The notes under the pieces are model-generated. The model saw nothing but the letters and a program-made list of their open reading frames with translations, was not told where the DNA came from and searched no databases. Shown here piece after piece: positions 1-11,022 of a stretch of 50,851 bases of DNA. The translations under genes and the position numbers were made by a program. Every line of letters begins with the position of its first letter. Positions within the stretch are counted from its first letter, which is position 1. Origin of the DNA: Nemertoderma westbladi (Eukaryota; Animalia; Xenacoelomorpha); the NCBI GenBank assembly GCA_032718475.1, contig JAUCBJ010005619.1, positions 1 to 50,851 of the forward strand, read 5' to 3'.

Positions 1-112
1 GTTGGATGGGAGAGTGAGTGGAGAAATGTGGGGAGTTATAACGGTCCCGAGTTCGAACCCGGATGAATATTTTGTTATCTGAAAAATTGCAAAATTAAAT
101 TTAGTTACTGGT

Positions 113-360
113 GAAAAATAGTAGAAGTTACCTGTAGACACCCCTAGCGTCTGTAAAATAAAGGTTGGTGAATATGAAAATACTGGTTGCTGAAAAATAG
201 CGATTTGAAAAATAGTAGAAGTTACCTGTAGAAACCTCTAGCGTCTGTAAAATAACGGTTGGTGAATATGAAAACAATGGTTGCTGTAAAATTGCGATTT
301 GAAAAATAGTAGAAGTTACCTGATGCTAAGTGTAGACACCCGAACACCTGTAAAATAAAG
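113..360. repeat. Tandem repeat, 94-bp period, ~2.5 copies
   Basis: GTAGAAGTTACCTG recurs at 121, 215 and 309 with similar sequence in between. Confidence 0.85.
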
Positions 361-639
361 GCTTATGATTGGATGCAGTACTAGCGTCGGGGGACTAATA
401 ACGCCTCTAGCGGAATAAGCGGGAACTTGAGAAGTTACCATGGTTACGGTTGAAATGCTGTAATCTGATTGGTTGAAATAATAACGACCACCGCAAAAGG
501 TTGAAATGGTGGCTTCTGATTGGCTGCAGTACCAGAAATGGATGGTAATGATGGACTACGGGTGACCTTGAGCGAGAATCCATGTAATGTATACTCTTTC
601 AGTGTGGGTTCCAGATATTAGTTTAGTTAATGAGGAGAA

Positions 640-1178
640 GAAAATGAAATTTAAAAACTTTTTCAGCTTTAAGATAAAGGAGTCTGACCTGTTAGGTGTA
701 CAACGGATAGAGTTGGGCAAAGAGTTCCACATGACAGGTCCCTGTTATTGGATAACAAGTTGGGCTGCTAGGAGACGTCTGTAGGGATCATATGGAGCAT
801 GAGGAAGATCGAGTAGAGTAATTTATGAATGCTTGATGATAGCCGAAATAAGGACGATAATTGGGGGAGAGTGGTTCCTTTTGAAACATCAAACATTAAC
901 ATGAGATATATTTTATTATAGAATATAGGCTTAACGCCGTTAATGTTGTTAAAACGATAATGTCGTTACATTCAATTATCAAGATATTTTGTGGCAAAAA
1001 GGTGTTTAATGGGTTTGTTATTCATTTTAATTTCAGGATTGGTTGGGTTGTTCTGGTGAGGGAGGGTTTTTGAGAAAATGGCATACTCTATTTTGTCGTA
1101 ATTAAGAGATAGTTTATTACAGGACAGCCAGTAGTCGACTTTAGTAAGTTCTGAGGAAGTTTCGTCAATTAGTTTCAT
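640..1178 (-). pseudogene. CR1/L2-type LINE ORF2 (RT C-terminal) remnant
   Basis: Minus strand ELTKVDYWLSCNKLSLNYDK...TKYL, then an IH(N)YSTR-like motif and GPVMWNSLPNSIR, typical of the CR1/L2 ORF2 end; frameshifted. Confidence 0.8.
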
Positions 1179-1179
1179 C

Positions 1180-2090
1180 GTTAGAGGGAGCGCGGAGCGC
1201 TTCTGACGCTATTCTGCTTTATTTAGAAGATAAAGATCCGGCCCACATTTACTTTAGCCATGAGGCAACATTTCCCTTGAGTGGCGCTGTCAATCTGTGG
1301 AACTGCAGAATTCGAGGTACTGAAACCCTCCATAAAGCGACAGAACGCTTCCGTGACTCACCAAAGTTATCGGTATGGAGTGCCCTGTCTTCCACACAGG
1401 TTATTGGACCATATAGTTTATTCTGTCAACGCTAAGAAACATACAATTTCGAAGCTTCGTCTTTCATCCCTAAGAAATATCTGGCAATGCTGCAAGAGAT
1501 TCTAATGCGAGAGTTTCCAACTGTCCTATACGTTGGCCAACTCGTCCGCCCGATTTGACTCCCTGTGATTACTATTTATGCGGCCATGTCAAGAATCTTG
1601 TGCACAGTGAAACGATGACGACGCTAGAAGAACTGAGGACACGCATTAATTCCGCCCTGGAAACAATTCCGCATCATCATTTACAAAGCTGTTTCCAAGA
1701 AACGATCAAGCGGCTTATCAAGGTGAAAGAAATAGGTGGAGGCCACATTGAAACTTACAGTACAAACAGTAAAGTAACTGACAGTCCGATTAATTTAATT
1801 TCATCAGTATGGAATGTGTGAATAATTATTTATCTATTAAACAGCGTTCTGAATTGAAGGCCAACTGTATAAACTATATAAACATTATAATTGAATAAAA
1901 AAGTTGGGACTTAATTTATAAGGATAATTAATAATTTTCATATCAATAAAATCACCGAGAATACATTACAAAGTCTAAAAGTAAGTTCACCTCTTTTATA
2001 TGATAGGCCTACCAAGAAGTCTTCGATTAAAGCTCAGTGTGACGGAGTTATTCAACTTTAAAACCGGATCAAATTTATTGGGATACCCGG
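1180..2090 (+). mobile_element. Degenerate Tc1/mariner transposon (3' part of transposase and right TIR)
   Basis: Motifs VWSALSSTQVIGPY, WPTRPPDLTPCDYYLCGHVK and GGGHIE; terminus ...TTTATTGGGATACCCGG followed by TA at 2091-2092. Confidence 0.85.
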
Positions 2091-2553
2091 TATAATGTAA
2101 AATCAATAATTAAATTCTAAATTTAATGAATAAGTAAATTGTTAATAATCTCTGTAATTGGAATTCCTATCACAGCATGAGTTAGCTACTGTACGATGAT
2201 AGATGTGTCAGCAACCTGGGGGTACATGCCTGTTAGTGAAACACATGAGGCTGGCACGTAGAAGGGCAAAACCCTTTTGAACTCTTACCCAGTTCCCGCA
2301 CTCGGGATATAGTGGACGTCTCGTGTTTAATGTCCAGTAGTATTGCTGACAGATGTTTGTTAAACTGTACTATTGTTTGTAGGTTAGTAGGCGTACCCCT
2401 ACATTCACAGGCTACAAGTAATATAATACTGTATATATATATTACATCTGCATGCATCAAATACTACGGTTATTAATTATCACCTTTAGTAATATAGGTT
2501 TATCAATTATATTATCATCATCAATAATAAACCATCCCCTCTACGAACCCCAA

Positions 2554-3029
2554 TAGGGATGGTGCGCTTAAAAAATGTTGGGCTATAAAGAGTCGAAAAA
2601 GCGGTAAGAAGGTGCCCGGAATCGAGTGGCAGGGTTTTTTTTTTTTGTAAAAACACGTGGAAACGGTCGGAATGTCGGTCGGAAACGGTCGGAATGTCGG
2701 TCGGAAACGGTCGGTTTAAGTAAGCTCGGGAAGCCAACTTTGAAATTCGGCCATGATTGGTTGCTACATATTTGGATGGATCTAAAATCACCCTCCATAG
2801 AAACCAATATAAGAAATTATCTGATCACTGCGTAGTGACGTCAAGTATGTAGCAGCCAATCACAGCCGATTTTCAAAATTGTCTTCCCGGGCTTACTTAA
2901 GCCGCCGCCATTTTGACCGTTTCCTGGTGTTTTTACAAAAAACACACCCCGCCACTCGATTCAGAGCACCTTATTGTTACCCCTTATTTGATTGTTTCTA
3001 GCCCAACAATTTTTCGCGCACCAACCCTA
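2554..3029. mobile_element. Fold-back MITE with TAGGG...CCCTA termini
   Basis: 2554-2770 is an imperfect inverted copy of 2843-3029 (TAGGGATGGTGCGC / GCGCACCAACCCTA); internal GGAAACGGTCGGAATGTCGGTC repeat; no clear TSD. Confidence 0.7.
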
Positions 3030-3320
3030 ATTAACAGTTTGCAAGATGTTTTAAATAGATAGCCGAAACAATTTCAACTTCAAGGTACATTACAGTACAT
3101 TGCAAGGTTATACTGTAGGTTGTTCTGCAAGCAAAAAGCAATACCGATCAGAAGGTACCAGTACGAACTGTAGGCTAATTGATATTTACATTGATTTTTA
3201 TTGATAAACACATGGAGACCCCATATATTTAGGCGTGACTGTTACGAAAGTAAGTAGTTTTATTTGCCGCTAGCGCTGGAAGGTGTAAACAGTTATATGC
3301 ATGTACTGTATGGTGAGTAA

Positions 3321-5300
3321 GGCCACGATTTTTTGGTTAAGGGCACTTTTTTGTCCATACATTGGACTATTAAGCTTATGTACCACTTCTGGGGAATTGG
3401 TTCAACATATTACTGTAGATTGAAATTTGGAGGAAAATTAATTTTGCACGTGTCTCAGACGTGGTAGAAAAATAAAAATTTATTTTTATTTTTATTTAAA
3501 ATTATTTTAATCAGCAGAAATTTTCAAAGTGAAAAATGTTATTTGTAAAAAGTGAAAACAAACACGTATTTTGGCCGTTTTTTGTGATGTAACATTTTCA
3601 ATTTCTAACCTACATGTCTAAATGTGGTACCACGTATGAAGGATTAGTAGAAGAACATATACTGAAAATTTCATGCAATTTGGTCCAGTAGTTCCAGAGA
3701 AACAGGTACATGAGTGAAAAATAAAAACGAAAAATAAAATTCTGAGATAAAGCCATTTAAAGTTTTCAAACCTTCCCACCAGTTTTTGTTAAATAGAGGG
3801 GTAATTCAAATTATATTAAAAAAATAAGAAACAATACTTCTTAACTAAAATTTTAGATATGGGGCTTTTCTGGGGTGGTGATTGCATTTCCGATGTCAAT
3901 TTTAACGTTTGATGAATTCCAGACCGTCTAACTGTCAGTCTGTCTGTTTATCAGACAATCTGTCCGCCTGTCTTTCGAAATTTAGGAAAGGACACGACCT
4001 AGCTACAATTGAGAAAAAGCGGTGATTTCATTTCTGATGTCAGTATTTAAATATAATGGCTTTGTGTTGGTCTGTACACATGTCGGTCTGTACGTCAGAC
4101 TATAACATGCAGACAAAAAGACAGCCTGATAGACCATCTAGACACCTTTAATCGTTAATAAAACAGACATCAGAAATGAAAATCATAGACCAGGAAAAGA
4201 CTGACAGACTGAGCCACAGACAGAAATACTACTACTACTAGGTCGTGCGAACTCGGACAGTGGAAATGAGATCCTTCTAGGATTCCCGATTCTCCAACTA
4301 CTACTAGGTCGAGCGTTCACGGAGGGTGGTTGATACAGGTGGTATTGTACCATAAAGCTCGGCGTTTGTCATGTGTTGTCTCCAGCTGATGTTTAGGGCT
4401 GCCCTTAGTAGTCTTGGGTAGCAACCATCAATTCGTTGTTCATGTGATTTAGTCAGTGTCCACTGTCCAGGTCTCACCCCCATATAAAAATACACTTTCC
4501 ACTGTGGCTCGAAAGAACTTAGTCTTCAGGTGCCTGTAGAGATCTGATCCAAGGTACTGGAAGTCATCGACCTTCCTCAGTTGATTATTATCAATGGTTG
4601 TCAAGTTTCCATCAACACCAAAGGTCATGAATTCCGTCTTGGTAGCATTTATATGCAATCCAACCTCCTTAGCAGCCAGCCCTCTCCACTTTATTCAGTA
4701 GAAGCTGTGCATCTGCTAGCGTATTAGAGAGCAGGGCGATGTCATCCGCAAAGTCGGTGTCTGTGAATGTAGTTGCCGGATATCTACTACTTCTGCGTTC
4801 TTGAAGTGTGAATCCCAGATCTTTACCCTTTGTGGCTGTCCTCATTGCGTAATGAGCACAATTACAAATAGTAATGGTGCTATTGTGTCACCTTGCAGTA
4901 CGCCAGCCAGGATTGAGAAAAACTCAGTTTCACCATCTGGTGAGAGTACCTGCGCTTCTGTGTCACAATATAACAATCCATAGACGGGCAGGCGGAAAGA
5001 TAGACATGCAGGCAGGCAGGCAGAATGACAGACAATCTAGAATACATGAAAGATTAAACCTGATATTATAAATTAAATGTGATCTTTAAACAGGAAAATC
5101 CTATACCGAATATTTTACATTTCATGTGTTTCTTTAATTTTGTCAGACCCTACCGACTGACAGACAAACAGACAGCTATAACTCGAGATCTAAAAGAGAT
5201 CTCGATATGTCGTTTTCAGTTTTGAAATCGCCATTAAATTTTGATCCAGAATACGTAAAGAAAATTTGATTTTTTAAATTTTTACTAAAAACACGTGGCC
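3321..5300. mobile_element. Non-autonomous DNA transposon, possibly Kolobok-like, carrying an RTE insertion
   Basis: Imperfect TIRs GGCCACGATTTTTTGGTTAA / TTTACTAAAAACACGTGGCC; flanks GTAA (3317-3320) and TTAA (5301-5304). Confidence 0.5.
4226..4980 (-). pseudogene. RTE-clade LINE RT fragment, 5'-truncated
   Basis: GVLQGDTIAPL, DTDFADDIALL, KVDDFQYLGS, FRATVESVFLYGGETWT, IDGCYPRLLRAALNISW; (TAG)n at the 3' end. Confidence 0.85.
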
Positions 5301-5721
5301 TTAAAAGCTGAATCCTTAGGGTACTATTGAGGGCGGTGCACCATTTCTGTCGAGCTTTAATATTTCTTAAGTTTTAGTGTAGTAGATTCTGTGATATTGG
5401 GTTTATCTAAATATTTTACATAGGCCTACTAACTAAACGTACATGCAAGTTATGATAAATGTAAATAAATATAAAATAAAAAAATAAAAAATAATTTTGT
5501 AATTTAATTTTAGGAATAAACTTTAAGCCGACAAACGACAGTTAACTCCGAAAGCATGTTATAATGTATTATATATTTATATTTATACTGCAACTTAGAT
5601 TTAATGAAAATTAGCTGGATACTTTATCTCTAAAATAATATTTATGTAGCACTATGACCGGGTTATGAAATGATAAACAATTCAATGGAATGTACTTTGC
5701 TTATAAACTGTCGTAACCGTT

Positions 5722-7893
5722 CTAGCGAAGTAGGAACACTTCATCGAGGCTACCTTGGGTGGGGAGGGTCCCCATGATGGCGCTGGCATTCCCACGGGTG
5801 ATGGCAATCGATAGCCGCTGGAACAGGAAGGAGGTGGACCTTGGTTCCCCGGTGGCGAGGGCGATTCGTCGACCAATCTCATTGAGGAGAACGGTGCCCT
5901 CATCACCGATTGGGTCGAGGGTTTCGGAGGCAACCGTCACAAAGTGATAGTTGTGAGCCAGGTCGGCGTATTTAGCAGCTTTGGTTGCCTCAGCCACTGC
6001 GGCAGCACCCCCTTCGGTTATCGATGTAATCGGGAGATAGGATTGGGCTAAGGTATCCCGGCAGGTGAAGTCCCAAACGAGGCTACGTCCTTGGTGCCAA
6101 GGGGCGACAGACATACCGTCTGGTTTCCGGCCATCCTTGCAGAGGTTGCGGGGCTCGAGGGTGGATGATATACCGGCAGATGACAGGGCGCGGTGGATCA
6201 CATCGTTGGCCTCAGCGTGGCGGGAGAATTTACCACAGTTGTGGAGGCAGCTGAGACCATGAGTCCCGCTTGTGTCGATGACGGCATCACAGCCTTGACA
6301 AGGATGCTCGGCACAGACTGGTGCGCCGAGATGGATGGAGGTGCCGATCCGGACCTGGTCGTCGCTAAGACGGAGCCCCAGGGAAGCGATGGGGAGCACC
6401 TGGAGCCAATCACCTGAGTGTTTAGCCTTAGAGGCGATGAGTCGGGCCTTCGCTTTGGGGGTGTTGGCAGAAGCTAGGAGGGAGTCGTAGGTTTTGGAGC
6501 ACAGGGGAGCATCCCAGGCCTTTTGGACAGATGGGTTGGGAGGTGTGTCGGTGCCAGGAGGAAGGAGCGATAGGGCCTTTGAGATGAGCGGGTTAGTCGA
6601 ATCGGAGATAGAGGGGGGCAGAAGGGCACGAAGCAGGGGACCGCATCCGAAGACGGAGGCCAAGAAGGCCGGCAGTGAGACGTCCCTCATGCTACGCACG
6701 CCAAGCCCACCTGAAGCGATGGGGAGAGAGACTTGAGACCAGGAAGAGTCGTCGAGCCGAATATTCAGCGTTGACTCAAGTGCAGCTCTAATTGAAGAGT
6801 CGAAGTCGGATAGAGATGGGGCAAGGAAGCAAGGGGAGCAACGCAGGATAAACATTAGTTTGGGGATTGCGAAACAGTGGCGGAGCAGGTATAAAGCGTC
6901 ATGAGAGGAAAGGAGTTGGAGGCGATTGGTGAAAGTTGCCAGTTCGGATGCTTTGTTCTGGAGAATGGACTCCATAGCTGGTTCACCGAGCGGAACACCC
7001 AGAAGGGAGGCATCAACGAGGTCGATACATTTGATTCCAGGAGTGATCGCATCGAATATGGCGGCGGTCTCAGGTTTCCGATTTGGTGGAAAGTTGGTGG
7101 AAAAAATCAACTCACATTTCGATGCTTTAATCTGGAGGCCGAGTTTAGCAGCTTTGGAGATCACAGATTCAAGGTTAGAGGCAACAACGGAGGGGGTCCC
7201 TCCAAGGGACCCGTCGTCTAAGAACCAGACGTTGAGGGGAGTTTCGACACTCTCAACAATTTCATGGGTGTCAGAGCTGAAGAAAAGGTTGCCTAGAGGG
7301 TCACCCTGTTGAATTCCAACCTCTGAAGAAATGGTTGTGTCCTCATAGAAGAGGTGGGTGGGTTGCAAGTAAGCCTGGAAAGCGATGGGGTACAGGGGTG
7401 GAAGGTTCTGCAGGATTGAATGGAGGACAGGCCCGCGATGAACGCTGTTGAAGGCGTTTTTGAAGTCAATTTTGACCATGATGGTTGGCTCAACGGACTC
7501 CTGAAGAAATCTCTGGGATGCATGAACAGCGGCCTCGCAGCCACGGGGTATTCCATGTCCTAGTTGGTGGGGGGCAAGTTTGAGTTGGGAGTTCTTAGAA
7601 GATTGATGGCAACCAGTCTTAGCAGATAGACGTCGAAGGGTACAACCTACTGCAATGGGACGGATTCCGCCATTGACTTTGGTAAAGGCACATAGTCGGG
7701 CCCCATACAGAAAAGGGAGGATGGTTTCTGGAACTAATCCTTTGATTAGTAGGTTGGATATGCCGGTGATGCCTTTCAGAGCTCCCATGGCGGCATCGCC
7801 GGATTGGTGGGAGCCAAAGTCCTTAAGGAATTGAGGACGAAGTTTGTCGGGGCTGGCGACAGAACCATTCGGAAACGATCGGATAGATTTCAT
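5722..7893 (-). CDS. Reverse transcriptase plus restriction-like endonuclease (C-terminal part of the retrotransposon ORF)
   Basis: GGIRPIAVGCTLRRL, KIDFKNAFNSV, QQGDPLG, WFLDDG, LPIASGGLG, CQGC...HGLSC zinc knuckle, RHAEANDVIHRAL, RKPDG...WDFT RLE motif. Confidence 0.92.
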   Translation of the reverse strand: MKSIRSFPNGSVASPDKLRPQFLKDFGSHQSGDAAMGALKGITGISNLLIKGLVPETILPFLYGARLCAFTKVNGGIRPIAVGCTLRRLSAKTGCHQSSKNSQLKLAPHQLGHGIPRGCEAAVHASQRFLQESVEPTIMVKIDFKNAFNSVHRGPVLHSILQNLPPLYPIAFQAYLQPTHLFYEDTTISSEVGIQQGDPLGNLFFSSDTHEIVESVETPLNVWFLDDGSLGGTPSVVASNLESVISKAAKLGLQIKASKCELIFSTNFPPNRKPETAAIFDAITPGIKCIDLVDASLLGVPLGEPAMESILQNKASELATFTNRLQLLSSHDALYLLRHCFAIPKLMFILRCSPCFLAPSLSDFDSSIRAALESTLNIRLDDSSWSQVSLPIASGGLGVRSMRDVSLPAFLASVFGCGPLLRALLPPSISDSTNPLISKALSLLPPGTDTPPNPSVQKAWDAPLCSKTYDSLLASANTPKAKARLIASKAKHSGDWLQVLPIASLGLRLSDDQVRIGTSIHLGAPVCAEHPCQGCDAVIDTSGTHGLSCLHNCGKFSRHAEANDVIHRALSSAGISSTLEPRNLCKDGRKPDGMSVAPWHQGRSLVWDFTCRDTLAQSYLPITSITEGGAAAVAEATKAAKYADLAHNYHFVTVASETLDPIGDEGTVLLNEIGRRIALATGEPRSTSFLFQRLSIAITRGNASAIMGTLPTQGSLDEVFLLR

Positions 7894-8720
7894 GATTTCT
7901 GGAAGGGAGAACTCGATGAGAGGGATATCAAGGACATCAAGCGAGGGGAGCTCCAGAAGGCATCCTGGAACGGCTGGAGGGTGAAGTGAAAGGAGGGCCT
8001 GGAGTGTTTCGGGAGTTGCGGGTGCAATAGAGGTGGCCGAGGAGGCCAGGCGGGCGGCAGCCTTGACATTACCTTCTTCTATTTTGGAGGATATGAGATT
8101 GCCTAAGTGCTCATCACGGATTGCTTGGGAATCCGTCTTGAGTGGGCATCGTCTAGGAGGGGTGGGGAGGGCAATGGGTGAGGGGCCAAGGGCTAGATCA
8201 AGGTAGTCAGAGATTTTGTCTTTGACCTTAGAGGTAAGTCACTTTCCGACACGGCTGGGGTGGTTGGATTTGTTACAACGTCTTTTCCGGGTGTTGCAAG
8301 ATGGGACACGGAGACAATAGGGGAAGGCGAGTAGGTTGATCCAGTTTTTAACAGAATTGTCCTGGGTCACAGAAGTGCATAGGCGGGTGTAGGCTGATGC
8401 GGCGGATGAGCGGGCGCCACGCGGGATGCGGGTCAGGGTTTTAATCTTAGAGAGAGTAATGAACAGGTTTGTCAAATGTGCAGCATAATTGAACCCAGGT
8501 GCCTCACAAGGTGTTTGCGGCAGGGCTGGGTTGGGTGGCTCGCAGGAAGGCCCTGAGACAGGGGTTTGGTTGGAGGTGGGGCTGACCACCGGCTGATTGA
8601 GTAGTGGTAGAGAACCGGAACCGGGACAATGGGAGCCATCCAGGGCCTTGTGTTTACGGAGGCCACCGTTGATTTTGGTGAGGCACAGCCTGCTGCACGA
8701 GCCGCATAAGGAACGGGGTA
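7894..8720 (-). pseudogene. Middle part of the retrotransposon ORF: C2HC zinc finger and pre-RT region with one in-frame TGA
   Basis: Same frame as the RT ORF: CGSCSRLCLTKINGGLRKHKALDGSHC (~8615-8700), TLTRIPRGAR, single TGA at 8239-8241, then LTSKVK...KIEEGNVKAAARL...LLSLHP running into 7893. Confidence 0.8.
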
Positions 8721-8800
8721 GATTGGCTTGACGTGGTTCAGTTGGAGCAGATTGAGAGTCTGACTGACTGAAGATGTGGGTTTGGGGGGATTCGGGTATT

Positions 8801-9643
8801 TCAGATCGACTTAGGTGGCCCGAAATATTGGGTTGAGGTAAGACATGGAAGAAGGGAGGGGAGATAGGGGTGGATGCATGGTGGGTGGGAGGGGGGGGTG
8901 ATGATGGTGCACAGGGTGCTTGTTTGGGGTCGACCAGAGGGGGAAGGTCGGGTTCGGGGAGCGTGATGGTAGAAGACTAGGGTGGAGTGACTAGCAACAA
9001 GGTCCCGCAGGTGGACCCGGAAAGAATTGATTGGTTCATCATTGTTATAGGGGGGGACAATACCGTCGAGACTCATTTTAAGAAAGCGACAGACGAAAAC
9101 CCCACATTGGAAACCATCGAACTGGAGTTTGGGAAGGGGTAACCCGATGCTAGTTGGGGGCGTTTGGATGCCGTGACGTGATGAAGTGGCTGTAACCCAG
9201 TGTTGGAGGGCAGCTACACACTGTCCATCAATTCCACCGAATGAGTCATAGTAATTGATGACTCCTGATTGGGGGGAGAAGGATGCCAAAGACCAATGAT
9301 AGCCCCCCACGTTTATTGGGAAAAAAAGTACGTCATAGGAAAATGTGTCTGCCTGGGACCAGCGGCGGACCCTAGAGATCCCGTTGGGTGACATGAGGGT
9401 GTTAAAAAACTGGGTGCTGAAAACCTTTGCTTTACCGGGGTATAGGAGGCAGAAGAATTCAGAGATTGCCTCGATAATATTGTCATTCAGCCAGTTTTTG
9501 CCTGAGAGGGTGCTGATGTCGGCTTCAGAGATGGAACGGCCAGCCAGGAGGAAAGATGGTTTATCTACAGATGGAGGGTCAAAGAGGAGGACGCTATCGG
9601 AAATAAAATCGGAACTGAGATTGATTGTGGTGTTTGGATCCAT
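8801..9643 (-). CDS. Ulp1/SENP (peptidase C48) cysteine protease domain, N-terminus of the retrotransposon ORF
   Basis: WLNDNII, FFPINVGGYHWSL (His), YYDSF (Asp), LQFDGFQCGVFV (oxyanion Gln, Cys); catalytic residues intact. Confidence 0.9.
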   Translation of the reverse strand: MDPNTTINLSSDFISDSVLLFDPPSVDKPSFLLAGRSISEADISTLSGKNWLNDNIIEAISEFFCLLYPGKAKVFSTQFFNTLMSPNGISRVRRWSQADTFSYDVLFFPINVGGYHWSLASFSPQSGVINYYDSFGGIDGQCVAALQHWVTATSSRHGIQTPPTSIGLPLPKLQFDGFQCGVFVCRFLKMSLDGIVPPYNNDEPINSFRVHLRDLVASHSTLVFYHHAPRTRPSPSGRPQTSTLCTIITPPSHPPCIHPYLPSLLPCLTSTQYFGPPKSI

Positions 9644-9950
9644 TAAACTTTTTTGAATCTCGAAATGATAACAATATTTGCTATAATTGGTAAGAAAATG
9701 TAACTGGAGTAGACAAATGGTGATACAGAAGTTGGCCCTATTAGCCTAATCGGGCGGTACAGCAATAAAATATGAAACAGCAACAAATGGGACGGCAAGC
9801 GATAAGCAGTTACAGGTGAGGTGAGATAAATTGATGGTAGAAGGATGCTGGCATATAGAAGAGATTGTAATGATAACAGTTATTGATTTGTAAATAGTGA
9901 TCGCATTGAAGGGTGATGCAGTCATATGCCAAATGGGTGGTATTTAAACA

Positions 9951-10104
9951 GACTGAGAAGAGGGCGGTGCCCGAACGGAGAGGAGAGCGGTGCCTGAACT
10001 GAGGAGCGCGGTGCCCGAACTGAGAAGCGCAGTGCCCGAACTGAGAAGCGCTGTGCCCGAACTGAGAAGCGCGGTGGCCGTACTGAGAAGTGCGATGCCC
10101 AAAC
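9951..10104. repeat. 21-bp tandem repeat (~7 copies) in the retrotransposon 5' UTR
   Basis: GTGCCCGAACTGAGAAGCGC+N repeated. Confidence 0.9.
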
Positions 10105-10829
10105 GTCGGCCCCGGGGTGGGTACCAGTAACTGGGTCACCGGCCACCACCCACAACTGGGCCCGAAACCTCGGTAGTCGTTGCACGAACCTTGAAACACG
10201 TACGGCGGCTTGGTGGACAGTAGTCTGACATTAGAATTAGCAGAAGGAGGTGAATTTAATCACCTACCTATGATTTTATTAGTTCAATCAAGACCATAAG
10301 TGATGTTTCTTTGTGAAGAAGCTTCTTCTTTAATATTTTTCATAGATAATTAAATAACATATGACTTAAACAAATATGATTTATATCAAATCCATATTTA
10401 TTATATAATTTTTTTTTCAAAATGAATCAATGAATCATTATATGTTTTAGAACATTATTATTTTTTATTTCTATTGTTCTCATCCACTATTTATACTTAT
10501 ATATTTTATTTATTTTAATTATGTTTCATTGATTATTGAATTATTGTCATTCTGTCATTATGTCATTCAATTATTGATTGCACTTTTTCCTACAAATACC
10601 GGATACAAATAAAACAAAGGCAATTTATTTTCTAAAAAAGGCTGATTTTTACTTATTAAATTTTTTTAATTTTTACTTATTTTCGTTGCAAATAAATAAC
10701 ATATCCCGGCATAGGCATAGAGTACAATTAAATTATTAGTTTGTTGTACTGTATAATTAGAATTGCATTGAGTTATATACTAGTACCTCGTACTGTAGTA
10801 CTGTACATACTGTATATTTTGTGTTTTAG

Positions 10830-11021
10830 TGTCTGCACCTCGGTTGTTAGATGGCCGCGTCGCCGTGGTTACAGGGGCGTCTAGTGGAATTGGAGAAGCT
10901 ATTGCTTGGCAACTCTGTATGGCTGGCGCAAAGGTTGCTATGGCAGCGAGGCGGGTAAACAAACTGCAAGTTCTTCAGGAACGGTGCGAGAAAATTGGGG
11001 GTGTTGCTATAGCAGTAAAAT
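10830..11021 (+). CDS. SDR oxidoreductase exon (Rossmann fold)
   Basis: VAVVTGASSGIGEAIA...AARR; TTTTAG acceptor ending at 10829; 3' boundary uncertain. Confidence 0.8.
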
Positions 11022-11022
11022 G

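Larger units (their letters stand above)
5570..10230 (-). mobile_element. Near-full-length CRE-like non-LTR retrotransposon (Ulp1-ZF-RT-RLE)
   Basis: GC-rich block with collinear protease, zinc finger, RT and RLE domains; ~600-bp 5' UTR with tandem repeats; ends approximate, no TSD found. Confidence 0.85.

Noticed and set aside
831-850. Hammerhead-like string CTTGATGATAGCCGAAAT
   Set aside because: No stem II, and it is the antisense of CR1/L2 coding sequence
5759-7989. Numerous overlapping or antisense ORFs
   Set aside because: Shadows of the GC-rich RT ORF with no motifs of their own
9810-10199. 129-aa ORF as a possible ORF1
   Set aside because: Produced by the 21-bp repeat; no domain features
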